Assembly: GCA_045654505.1 (NCBI GenBank)
Contig: JAZONM010000007.1
Location: 50,704-114,703 of the forward strand
Direction of reading: 5' to 3'
DNA: 64,000 nucleotides
Source: Clostridia bacterium
Lineage (GTDB): Bacteria; Bacillota; Clostridia; Christensenellales; UBA1242
This document shows, in pieces, positions 52,695 to 61,810 of this stretch (position 1 is the stretch's first letter; every line of letters begins with the position of its first letter). Under the pieces are notes generated by a model, which saw nothing but the letters and a program-made list of their open reading frames with translations, was not told where the DNA came from and ran no database searches. The position numbers and the translations under genes are program-made.

Positions 52695-55680
52695 TTTTGT
52701 TTTTGCGCTTTTTGATTATTACAAGCATAACCACTACACCACATGCCACAACTCCTAAGCCACAACCCAATATTATTGCGACACTGGTGTTGTCTTTTAC
52801 GCAAACAACCGCAAAAGTAGAAGTCTCTGACGACGATTGCAGTGAAATACTGCCATCTTTAATAAGATATTCTACTTCTTTCATGTCGCCATTTTCAAGT
52901 ATTTCAAAAACTTTAAGTTGTTTTGAAGAAGTTATGCCAGAAGGAAGCGCAAGACTAATTGTAAGGTCCTTACTTTTCGTATTTGTTATGCGATAAATAT
53001 CATGAATATCGTACGCTGAGTTTAGTGTATTGTACACACTTTTGCTTACAAGATTAACATTATTATTTTCCACACCGACTTCGTCCACCGACTCAAATCC
53101 ATCACTGGACGAAACCACTATATCCTGTGCGTCTTTCTCAATTATGATATTTTCAGTTTTTATAGTGACTATAAGTGTAGTACTTTGAGCAGCAAAGTGA
53201 TTGCTGTCTCCCGACCATGTCATAACAATAGTATGTTTTCCGATAGATGTAAGGTCGCTTTCACAAGCAACAACTACATTGTCGGCAATTTTTCCATTAT
53301 CGTCATACGCACTTGCTATTATCTTGTATTTTTTGCCGTCATACAATTTTATAATGGAATTATTTTCAGCTTCGTATCTAATAAAAGACTTTGCTTTAGC
53401 TATATAAAAATTGCATGTAGGATTGGATATCGAATAATTTGGGTCTGCAACAGACACTGTAGCGACATATAAATCACCAACATTTTCACCTGCTTCCTTT
53501 TTTGCTCCCGAAAGTTCTAATTCTAGATTGTTTCCATTTATATCTTTTGCAATAGCTGTTGGTGCTTGCATTTCGCCATTATAAACTAGGTTTACATTTG
53601 ACCATGATACCAATGTCCTTTTTGGAGACACCAAAACAATTTGTTTTGGATAAGCACTGACAAATTTATAATTCTCGTCGTCTATACTCAATTCGAAGTA
53701 ATATTGACCTGCATTTATCAAAGACGTCAAATCTACATTTTCAGACAATTTGTGTTTTGTAAGCAGGTGATAAGTACTTGCTTTCTTGTAATAAACAGAT
53801 TGATTTATTTTACTAATATCAAAATTGATTTCGCTCCAGTTTTCATTGTTTTGTGTTATTTCAGGAATATATAATTGACCGTCGTACTCTTTAGTAAAAC
53901 TTTCCAAGCCATACGATGTAGAAATTGTACTTTTATTGATTGTAAAACAAAGTTCGGTATCATCTACTATTTGTGCGATGCTTTCATATGCATCTTTTAC
54001 TGCCACAACAATTTTGTATTCACCAGCACCAATGACCTCGTCACACTCAATATACTCGCCGTCCACTTTCTTTAAGGTCTTTACTATACAAGAATCTTTA
54101 ATAAAATCATTTGAATAAGTTATGTCAAAGTCATGGATATAATTCTCGCCAGTGTATGTCAAATTTGGAGTGCTTTTCCAATCAATATTGATATCCCATT
54201 TCTTTACATTGTGTAGGACAGAATTTTCAATTTCGGCTGTTTTGCCATCTTTAGAAAGAATGACTTTACACATAATTGTGTATTGTTTTGGCAATTTAGA
54301 GCCCACACGACACTCGCTACTTGTACCGATTGTTGTCCATGTATTATCATATATTTTCCACTCGTATGTTATTTCACAACCGTCCGGATAATCCAAAACC
54401 TCTGCAAAATAATCCACCTCGTCATTAAAGTACAAATCACTCACATCTTCGCCTGAAGCCATCTTGGAGGTTATATCGATATGTGGTTGGTAATTAGTAT
54501 ACCTCGACCACACTTCTATATTATGAGATATTCCAGCCGGAACTCTTGTAGTAGGTGTTGTTTCGTCCTCTATATACCAGCCAAGCCATTCAGTAGTGAG
54601 TGTATCGCAAGTAAGTGAAGGAAGGTCCACGCCGGTCAAATAACCAAATTTATCAGGCAACTGCGCACTTGGTGTAAAATCCTCTGTGTAGTGATATGTT
54701 ATGGTATAAAATTTTTCTTGCCAAATTGCATACAGCACAACTTTATTTTCTTCTACAATACTTTCTTCAATAATGTCTGTTTCGCTTATCGCATCACCAT
54801 TAGGAGATAATGCCCAACCCACAAATTCACAACCTTCTCTTTCGCTTTCTGGAAATGTGTAAGATGTGTCTTCAGCCCAAACATCACTTTGTTTTGTATA
54901 ATTAAAAGCCCCGCCCAAGACTCTTGTCAATGGTGCAATAGAGGCAGAAGTGTCGTAATTTAAATCAAACTCAACACTAATCTCGACTTGTACATTTTCT
55001 TCATTTTCTCCACCCTCGTCTTCACCTTCACCAGGGTTTGAGCCACTTTCCACAATCATGGTATATGTGCCAGTACTAAAAATTTCGCAGTCTTTATAAA
55101 GATCCAAAACTTCTTGGCTCGGGAAAACAAAAACTACATCAGAATTGCCCGAAAATGCAGTCGAGGATATATTTGTAAAACCATTTTCCACAAATTCACC
55201 ATTTTCAGTGATGCATCTAGTAATATATACCTTTTCGATAGGCACGTCTTTAAAAGCATTTGTTTCTATCGTAAGCAAACTACTAGGCAGGCGCAATTCT
55301 CCCGACATTGAAGTGCATTTATTAAAAGTTCCAGTACTAATAACTTGTAGATTGCTTGCATTAGTAAGATCTAGTGAAAGTATTTCTGGATTATTGATAA
55401 AAGCAGTGTACTCTGCCGAAGTTTTAAGACCCTTACTCAATTTCACGAGCGGATACTCCTCGCTCCCCTCAAAAACAGTGGCCGGTATAATCAAATTTCC
55501 GTCAAAATCACTATCTACATATCCCATGACTTCAGCTTCACCATCTGTAATTGCGACTCTAAATTCTTCAGGAATCTCCGCATAAGCCTTGTGATTTACC
55601 GAAAACCCAACACCAATACAAGATATCAGCATAATCGGAAGTATCCATAAAAATTTTCTCATTTCATACCTCATAGACAT
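52687..55680 (-). CDS. Large surface protein: signal peptide, BspA-type LRR region, Listeria-Bacteroides-type repeat, Ig-like (MBG/YDG-type) repeats, C-terminal TM anchor
   Basis: 997 aa. The LRR-like segment is LDLTNASNLQVISTGTFNKCTSMSGELRLPSSLLTIETNAFKD. GCEFVGWALSPNG is the repeat motif. Recurring KEYDGQLY / LVYNGEMQ / KLYDGKKY / LTYTGENY are Ig-repeat signatures. The C-terminal TM is followed by KKRKNK. Confidence 0.75.
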   Translation of the reverse strand: MSMRYEMRKFLWILPIMLISCIGVGFSVNHKAYAEIPEEFRVAITDGEAEVMGYVDSDFDGNLIIPATVFEGSEEYPLVKLSKGLKTSAEYTAFINNPEILSLDLTNASNLQVISTGTFNKCTSMSGELRLPSSLLTIETNAFKDVPIEKVYITRCITENGEFVENGFTNISSTAFSGNSDVVFVFPSQEVLDLYKDCEIFSTGTYTMIVESGSNPGEGEDEGGENEENVQVEISVEFDLNYDTSASIAPLTRVLGGAFNYTKQSDVWAEDTSYTFPESEREGCEFVGWALSPNGDAISETDIIEESIVEENKVVLYAIWQEKFYTITYHYTEDFTPSAQLPDKFGYLTGVDLPSLTCDTLTTEWLGWYIEDETTPTTRVPAGISHNIEVWSRYTNYQPHIDITSKMASGEDVSDLYFNDEVDYFAEVLDYPDGCEITYEWKIYDNTWTTIGTSSECRVGSKLPKQYTIMCKVILSKDGKTAEIENSVLHNVKKWDINIDWKSTPNLTYTGENYIHDFDITYSNDFIKDSCIVKTLKKVDGEYIECDEVIGAGEYKIVVAVKDAYESIAQIVDDTELCFTINKSTISTSYGLESFTKEYDGQLYIPEITQNNENWSEINFDISKINQSVYYKKASTYHLLTKHKLSENVDLTSLINAGQYYFELSIDDENYKFVSAYPKQIVLVSPKRTLVSWSNVNLVYNGEMQAPTAIAKDINGNNLELELSGAKKEAGENVGDLYVATVSVADPNYSISNPTCNFYIAKAKSFIRYEAENNSIIKLYDGKKYKIIASAYDDNGKIADNVVVACESDLTSIGKHTIVMTWSGDSNHFAAQSTTLIVTIKTENIIIEKDAQDIVVSSSDGFESVDEVGVENNNVNLVSKSVYNTLNSAYDIHDIYRITNTKSKDLTISLALPSGITSSKQLKVFEILENGDMKEVEYLIKDGSISLQSSSETSTFAVVCVKDNTSVAIILGCGLGVVACGVVVMLVIIKKRKNKTI

Positions 55681-55901
55681 TTGTCTAAAAATGTCGTAAA
55701 TTATTACTTTTTATTATATTACAAAGAAGCCTATACTTCAAAACTTTTATTTGCTATATGTTGGAAAATTTTTCCACAATACATTTTTATCATTTGCTAT
55801 ATTTTTTAAAAAATCCTCTCATCTTAAAAAACTTTCTTTAAGTCTTGGTAAAATTTGGAAATACAAAAATCACTAAAAAACACTTCACATTTTCTCCAAT
55901 G

Positions 55902-55926
55902 TGGTATATACTAGAACAAATGTTCG
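55902..55926 (+). promoter_or_regulatory. Extended -10 promoter plus LexA (Cheo) box AGAACAAATGTTCG
   Basis: TGgTATATACT at 55902-55912 is immediately followed by GAAC-N4-GTTC at 55914-55925. The Firmicutes SOS-box consensus is CGAACnnnnGTTCG. The RBS GAGGAGGG and GTG 55939 follow. Confidence 0.75.
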
Positions 55927-55938
55927 AGGAGGGATAAT

Positions 55939-57198
55939 GTGAGATACATATTGCATTCAGATCTGAATAATTTTTACGCAAGTGTCGAGTGTATGTACAA
56001 TCCCGAGATTCGAAATCGCGGAGTCGCCGTCGTAGGTGATAGTGAAAAAAGACATGGTATTGTTCTTGCAAAAAACAACATTGCAAAAAGTTGTGGAGTA
56101 AAGACGGGAGATACGATATGGGAAGCAAAAATAAAATGTCCCGACCTTGTAACTGTAACTGCTCACTTCGACAGGTATCAAAAAATATCGCGTCTGGTAA
56201 AAAGTATGTATCGAGAGTACACCGACCAAATGGAGAGTTTTGGTATAGACGAGGCATGGCTAGACATAACCAACAGGGTACACAATTGGGAAGAAGCAGT
56301 GTCGCTTGCTAATGAAATACGCAAAAGAGTTATTGAAGAATTTGGTGTGACTGTAAGCATTGGTGTTAGTTTTAATAAAGTTTTTGCAAAACTAGGAAGC
56401 GACATTAAAAAACCAAATGCCACTACCCTAATATCCGACAAAAATTTTAAAGACGTAGTCTATCCCCTACCCGTCGAACAATTGTTGTACGTGGGCAATC
56501 GAACAAAAATAAAATTAAATAAAAACAATATTTTTACAATCGGCGACTTGGCTGAAGCTGACGAAAATTTTATGCGCTTACTAATTGGAAAGGTAGGTGT
56601 TATGCTTAGACGCATGGCACAAGGTGAAGAAAATGAAGAAGTAAGATGGGCTGACGAAAAAGAAGAAGTGAAGTCAATAAGCAATTCTACCACCTGCCCA
56701 CGCGACCTCAAAAATGAAAAGGAAGTAAAGTCAATTATATACATTTTGTCAGAAAGCGTCGCCAGACGGACAAGAAGTGAGGGTTTTTTTGCAAAAGAGG
56801 TATCTTTGCACATAAAAGACGGAAGCCTAAAAAGTTATGGCTGGCACAAGCGACTTGAGTTTTCCACCAATCTTGCAAGTGATATTGCGCGTGAATGCAT
56901 CCGACTTTTTAAAAATTACAATTGGGACACCACCATTCGTGCAATAGGTGTACGTGTAAGCAATTTTGACAATGCACCAAGCCAAATGAGTCTTTTCTAT
57001 GACAAATCTTCTCACGACAAAATTGAGAAGATTGAGACCACTGTCGAGAATCTTCGCGAAAGATGGGGTTATGACATAATAAAACGTGGAGTTGTGGTCG
57101 CGGATAAAGACATGGCTCTTCTCGACCCATATAGTGCACCTCATATAATACACCCTGTCAGTTATTTAAAAGGAGGAATAAAAGATGGAGAAACTTAA
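55939..57198 (+). CDS. dinB: Y-family DNA polymerase (Pol IV / UvrX-like)
   Basis: 419 aa with a GTG start after GAGGAGGG. ILHSDLNNFYASVE, GIDEAWLD, SIGVSFNKVFAKLGSD and PVEQLLYVG are Y-family motifs. Confidence 0.88.
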   Translation: MRYILHSDLNNFYASVECMYNPEIRNRGVAVVGDSEKRHGIVLAKNNIAKSCGVKTGDTIWEAKIKCPDLVTVTAHFDRYQKISRLVKSMYREYTDQMESFGIDEAWLDITNRVHNWEEAVSLANEIRKRVIEEFGVTVSIGVSFNKVFAKLGSDIKKPNATTLISDKNFKDVVYPLPVEQLLYVGNRTKIKLNKNNIFTIGDLAEADENFMRLLIGKVGVMLRRMAQGEENEEVRWADEKEEVKSISNSTTCPRDLKNEKEVKSIIYILSESVARRTRSEGFFAKEVSLHIKDGSLKSYGWHKRLEFSTNLASDIARECIRLFKNYNWDTTIRAIGVRVSNFDNAPSQMSLFYDKSSHDKIEKIETTVENLRERWGYDIIKRGVVVADKDMALLDPYSAPHIIHPVSYLKGGIKDGET

Positions 57199-57424
57199 AG
57201 TAAAAGTAGGCGTAGTCTTTGACGAAGAAGGAAACAAACTTCCTCAATTTGTAGAATACAATGACCACAAATACGACATTGATAAAGTAATCGCAAAACG
57301 CTTTTGCCCCTCTTTCAAGCTTGGAGGTGTGGGCGAGCGTTATACAATCCGCATCCGTGAAAAAGAATATTTTCTATTTTTTGAAGAGCCTCTATGGTGG
57401 CTGGCTCCTTCAAACATTTTGTAA
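57185..57424 (+). CDS. Small hypothetical protein (79 aa) translationally coupled to the Y-family polymerase
   Basis: Strong RBS AAGGAGG and a 14-nt overlap with the polymerase gene. I recognise no family. Confidence 0.55.
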   Translation: MEKLKVKVGVVFDEEGNKLPQFVEYNDHKYDIDKVIAKRFCPSFKLGGVGERYTIRIREKEYFLFFEEPLWWLAPSNIL

Positions 57425-57470
57425 ATACCCCTAAAATATGATATAGTGAATATATAATTGGAGGTTTTGG

Positions 57471-59027
57471 ATGAACTGCTTATTTAGTGGAGATTTCCAT
57501 CATATTTCTTGGAGATTTTGCAAATATTTTAAAATTCCTAAAGACAAAAAACTTAATGTTTTGTTTGTAAATTACGGGTTTGTAGAAAATATAGGATATA
57601 ACAACATACAAAAAAAAGCATTAAGAAAAGCTTTTAAAATCAATAAAATAATCGACCTTTATCCTGAATACACCTTTAGCGATAAAATTGATGTTATTTT
57701 TATAAACGGCGGTTGTGATTACAACAAACTAATAAACAATCTTGTCGATACTGGTCACGACAAAAAAATTATAGAACTTGTAAAAGATGGTGCTCTCTTT
57801 ATTGGTGAAAGTTTAGGCACAATTATTGCCGGTAATTACGAATACGCATATTTATTTGAAGGTAAAAGCAAAGAAGAAATGTCCGAATACAACAGAAGGC
57901 GTAAAAATTTTGCTGGACTAAAACTCATCAATAAAGTAATCATCCCACACAATAGCAAATATCGCTTCCCTATGATTTTCAACACCAAAGAATTTGATTA
58001 CAAATGCCCGAATACAGCGGGTCCTATATATATGACAGATGTGTGCGGAAAAATAATAGATGTAATTGAAAAAGACCGTGTCGACTACATAACACTAAAA
58101 GAAAATCAGGCACTTTTAATAATTGACGATGAAGAGAAAATTTGCGAGTACAATTGGGACAATCTGCCAGTAAAAAGTATGCCCAAGACCAAAGACCTTT
58201 GTGACACCATCAAACTAACAAAACAAAAAACAAGTACATGCAAAATTGTAAGCTTTAATATAGGCATGAAAATAGACAACACAGCAAAAATCCTGGATTT
58301 TATCAAAAATGAGAACCCAGAAATATGTGTTTTTCAAGAAACAACGAGAGCCTTGTCTCAAAAAGTAAAGCCAAAATACAAATCCGCAAATGACTTAATT
58401 TCTATATCTAAATACAGTAGTTTTTTTGCACCTATATATGAAGCAAAATGCGTCACAATAAACAATGAAATTGTAGAGGATTTTGGCGGTAAACTACAAC
58501 AAGGGATACTCACTCTCTCCAAATTTAAAATCAAACAAAAACAAAACTTATTTTATTACAACGAATACAAAAAAGAATATGACGCGACCTTCTTCAAAGA
58601 AAAAGACTGGTGTCGTTCGATTTCAAACGTAATTTTAAATAATGAAGGTAAAGACTTGCAAATTATTGGAGTACATGGAATATGGACAAAAGACAAACTT
58701 GGCAAAAATGATGAAAGAATACAAAAACAAACCGAATTTATTTTAAGTCAAGTCAGAAATGACATTCCCTGTATCGTACTTGGAGATTTTAATCTACTTC
58801 CACAAAGCAACAGCATCAAAAAATTAAGCAAAAATTTGCGCAACATACTACAAGAATACAATATAAAAACAACCCGACCTCCTTTTGATGACGGGCTGGA
58901 AAAAGAATCCAACTTCCAAATATGCGATTATGTTTTTGTAAACGACAAGGTTATTGTGAAAAATTTGACCTGCCCAGAAAATGAAATCTCAGATCATTAT
59001 CCCTTTATTTTTGAATTTGAGTTTTAA
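57471..59027 (+). CDS. Fusion protein: peptidase-S51 (PepE/GATase1-like) N-terminal domain plus endonuclease/exonuclease/phosphatase (EEP) C-terminal domain
   Basis: 518 aa with RBS GGAGG. The N-terminus has IFINGGCDYN, a GESLG nucleophile elbow and IIPHNS. The C-terminus has KIVSFNIG...ICVFQETT, IIGVHG, LGDFNLLP and ISDHYPFIFEF, which are EEP catalytic motifs. Confidence 0.65.
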   Translation: MNCLFSGDFHHISWRFCKYFKIPKDKKLNVLFVNYGFVENIGYNNIQKKALRKAFKINKIIDLYPEYTFSDKIDVIFINGGCDYNKLINNLVDTGHDKKIIELVKDGALFIGESLGTIIAGNYEYAYLFEGKSKEEMSEYNRRRKNFAGLKLINKVIIPHNSKYRFPMIFNTKEFDYKCPNTAGPIYMTDVCGKIIDVIEKDRVDYITLKENQALLIIDDEEKICEYNWDNLPVKSMPKTKDLCDTIKLTKQKTSTCKIVSFNIGMKIDNTAKILDFIKNENPEICVFQETTRALSQKVKPKYKSANDLISISKYSSFFAPIYEAKCVTINNEIVEDFGGKLQQGILTLSKFKIKQKQNLFYYNEYKKEYDATFFKEKDWCRSISNVILNNEGKDLQIIGVHGIWTKDKLGKNDERIQKQTEFILSQVRNDIPCIVLGDFNLLPQSNSIKKLSKNLRNILQEYNIKTTRPPFDDGLEKESNFQICDYVFVNDKVIVKNLTCPENEISDHYPFIFEFEF

Positions 59028-59060
59028 AAAAAAGGCACTACTTAGATAGTGTCTTTTTTG
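59026..59060. terminator. Bidirectional terminator between the S51-EEP gene and serS
   Basis: aggcacta-(6 nt)-tagtgtct hairpin flanked by A8 and T6 runs. Confidence 0.8.
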
Positions 59061-59110
59061 TTTTTATATTTACTTTCGAAATTTTATATTTTATCCAAAT
59101 CAATACAAAG

Positions 59111-60397
59111 TTATTTTACTGTGCCGATTACTTTAAGTCCGCCCATATAAGGTTGAAGCGCTTTAGGAATATTGATTGTTCCGTCTTCATTGTAGTTGTT
59201 TTCCAATAATGCGATAAGCGCACGAGTAGATGCAAGTACAGTGTTGTTTAGTGTGTGAGCAAAAACATTACCTTTCTCACTCTTATATCTGATTCCTAGA
59301 CGGCGTGCTTGAGCGTCCCCTAGTGTACTACATGAGCCCACCTCAAAGAATTTTTGTTGGCGCGGACTCCATGCTTCAATATCACAAGATTTTACTTTCA
59401 AATCCGCCAAGTCTCCACTACAACATTCAAGTGTACGTACTGGGATATCAAGATTGCGGAAAATCTCCACTGTGTATGACCACATTTTGTTGTACCAGTC
59501 CATACTATCTTCAGGCTTGCATATTACAATCATTTCTTGTTTTTCAAATTGGTGCACACGATAAATACCTCTTTCTTCAATACCATGCGCTCCCACTTCT
59601 TTTCTAAAGCATGGACTGTATGAGGTCATTGTTATTGGAAGGCTATTTTCTTTTATTATTTGGTCTTTAAATTTACCTATCATTGAGTGCTCGGAAGTAC
59701 CAATTAGGAAAAGGTCTTCTCCCTCGATTTTATACATCATTGCGTCCATTTCCGCAAAACTCATTACGCCATTAACAACGTCACTTCTAATCATAAATGG
59801 AGGTATACAATAGATAAAACCCTTGCTTATCATATAGTCACGTGCATAGTTTATCATCGCTGTAACAAGACGAGCAGCGTCACCCATTAGGTAGTAAAAA
59901 CCATTTCCACTAGTACGCCCAGCAGAGTCTTTATCAAGACCACCGATAGAAGTCAAAATGTCGGCATGATATGGGATTTCGTATGCAGGTACATTCGCCT
60001 CGCCATATCTTTGAATCTCAACATTTTCACTATCGTCCTTTCCAAGCGGAACAGATGGGTCAATAATATTGGGAATAGTCATCATTATTTGCCTAATTTC
60101 AGCAACAAGCGCCTCTTCTTCTTTCTCGATCTCTGCAATACGTAGGTTGTTTTTCACAACTTGTTCTTTTATCTTATTCGCTTCATCAATTTTCTTATCT
60201 TTCATAAGCGCGCCAATCTCTGCAGACAATTTGTTTCTGCTGCTTCTAAGATTATCACCCTCTTGTTTTAGGTCACGATTTTTAGCATCAAGTTCCAATA
60301 CCTTGTCGACTAAAGGCAATTTTTTATCTTGAAACTTTTTCTTTATATTTTCTTTTACAAGTTCTGGATTTGTACGAATTAAATTTATGTCTATCAT
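59111..60397 (-). CDS. serS: Serine--tRNA ligase
   Basis: 428 aa with an N-terminal coiled-coil arm (MIDINLIRTNPELVKENIKKK) and class II motifs (FRKEVGAHG, GSCSTLGDAQARRL, TLNNTVLA). Confidence 0.93.
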   Translation of the reverse strand: MIDINLIRTNPELVKENIKKKFQDKKLPLVDKVLELDAKNRDLKQEGDNLRSSRNKLSAEIGALMKDKKIDEANKIKEQVVKNNLRIAEIEKEEEALVAEIRQIMMTIPNIIDPSVPLGKDDSENVEIQRYGEANVPAYEIPYHADILTSIGGLDKDSAGRTSGNGFYYLMGDAARLVTAMINYARDYMISKGFIYCIPPFMIRSDVVNGVMSFAEMDAMMYKIEGEDLFLIGTSEHSMIGKFKDQIIKENSLPITMTSYSPCFRKEVGAHGIEERGIYRVHQFEKQEMIVICKPEDSMDWYNKMWSYTVEIFRNLDIPVRTLECCSGDLADLKVKSCDIEAWSPRQQKFFEVGSCSTLGDAQARRLGIRYKSEKGNVFAHTLNNTVLASTRALIALLENNYNEDGTINIPKALQPYMGGLKVIGTVK

Positions 60398-60553
60398 AGT
60401 TTTCCCCTTTAATACACATTAGTATAGTATAATTTGTAAAAGATTTCAATTTATTTGGACATATTATTGATTATATTTTATATAAAAAATTATTTTTTAT
60501 CATTGTAATTTATTTTATTTGTGTTATAATTAAATAACTATGGGGGTGTGATT

Positions 60554-61693
60554 ATGATTACAAGCGTATACTACTACAATGCAACCGAAGCAGTAAGAGA
60601 ATTGTTTTTATCTGAATTTAAGACACTACCATCAGGAGACGTAGATAGACTTCTAAATGTCTTTTATCGTTTTGTTCAGTGGGAAGAAGAAGGAGACAAA
60701 ATTCGCCCTTCTATTATTTTGACCAATAATATCAATTCGGTGGTAAAAACTATTCCTGAGACATCAAAGATATCTTTCTATGTCGACCAAAACAGTAGTT
60801 CTTTCAACGAACGTCTAAAATCCCTTATGTGTTTTTGCACAAGCGGCTGGACTGTATATATCAATTACACCACAGACACGGTAGAATATGGTCTAATCAA
60901 ATGTACCAATTCGCTAAAAGATAAGGATCTGGCCTCACAAATCTTTATGCCAGGAAACATGGAAATTATCGCAGGTAAAGCAAAACTTGTATCTATCAAT
61001 GTACTATCTAGCGGACTTATCCATGTAAAAGGCGTGAAAGGCAACCAAACAAGTGTCCATTTCTCCCTTGTGAATCGTCACGAACAAGACTGGGACAGTA
61101 CAATCAAGTGTTTTGTAAACGACTGCGTATCTCGTCTAAAAACAACACAAAAGAAATTGGACGGAGTTAAAAATATCCTTGAAAATATATTCAGTAAATG
61201 TTTTAAGTCATTGCATGGTACAATCTGTCTTGTAGTGGACAAAGACTTTAAAGACACAAAAGGCGTATTCAGCGACGGAACTTGGCTACCCGAACCAATT
61301 GAATTTGGAAAACTTTTCCTTCAAAGTAAAAGTTTTAGCGAGAGCAAACTTCGCTCATATGCTGACATTTTCACAACAATGCTAAATTATGACGGAATCA
61401 CAATCATTGACAACCAAGGACGCATACGTGCATATAATGTATTTATAGAAAACAACAAAAAAGTAGCCCAACATATCGTGGGCGGTGCTCGACTAAGAGC
61501 CGCTTATACTCTTCTAAACACAACAAGCAAGAAGATTGTGGGTGTGTACTTCCAATCACACGACGGAGGCGCTTTCTACAAATCAACCCAACAAGCAAAG
61601 AAAGAACTTAATGCTGCACAAAGAGAAGCTGAAAAACAACAAAGTTTTAAACAACTTGAAATGGCCCTAAACAACGACAAGAATGACAATTAA
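60554..61693 (+). CDS. Hypothetical protein with a divergent diadenylate-cyclase-like (DAC/DisA_N-like) C-terminal domain
   Basis: ORF 60548 (GTG)..61693; I prefer ATG 60554 after the RBS GGGGGTG. Residues about 205-345 read HGTICLVVDKD...NYDGITIIDNQGRIRAYNVFIE...IVGGARLRAAYTLL...IVGVYFQSHDGGAFY. These line up by eye with the DAC blocks GALIVI / HDGAVII / GTRHRAA / IVVSEETG. The N-terminal ~200 aa are unrecognised. Confidence 0.5.
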   Translation: MITSVYYYNATEAVRELFLSEFKTLPSGDVDRLLNVFYRFVQWEEEGDKIRPSIILTNNINSVVKTIPETSKISFYVDQNSSSFNERLKSLMCFCTSGWTVYINYTTDTVEYGLIKCTNSLKDKDLASQIFMPGNMEIIAGKAKLVSINVLSSGLIHVKGVKGNQTSVHFSLVNRHEQDWDSTIKCFVNDCVSRLKTTQKKLDGVKNILENIFSKCFKSLHGTICLVVDKDFKDTKGVFSDGTWLPEPIEFGKLFLQSKSFSESKLRSYADIFTTMLNYDGITIIDNQGRIRAYNVFIENNKKVAQHIVGGARLRAAYTLLNTTSKKIVGVYFQSHDGGAFYKSTQQAKKELNAAQREAEKQQSFKQLEMALNNDKNDN

Positions 61694-61810
61694 AATTTAG
61701 CGACAAAAAAACTTAAAAATATATCGAAAAACAATTACATAAAATAGATATGAGCCCAAAAACCATTTGTCCAAGTGTCCGACTTGGTGATATAATATTA
61801 GTAGGAAAAT

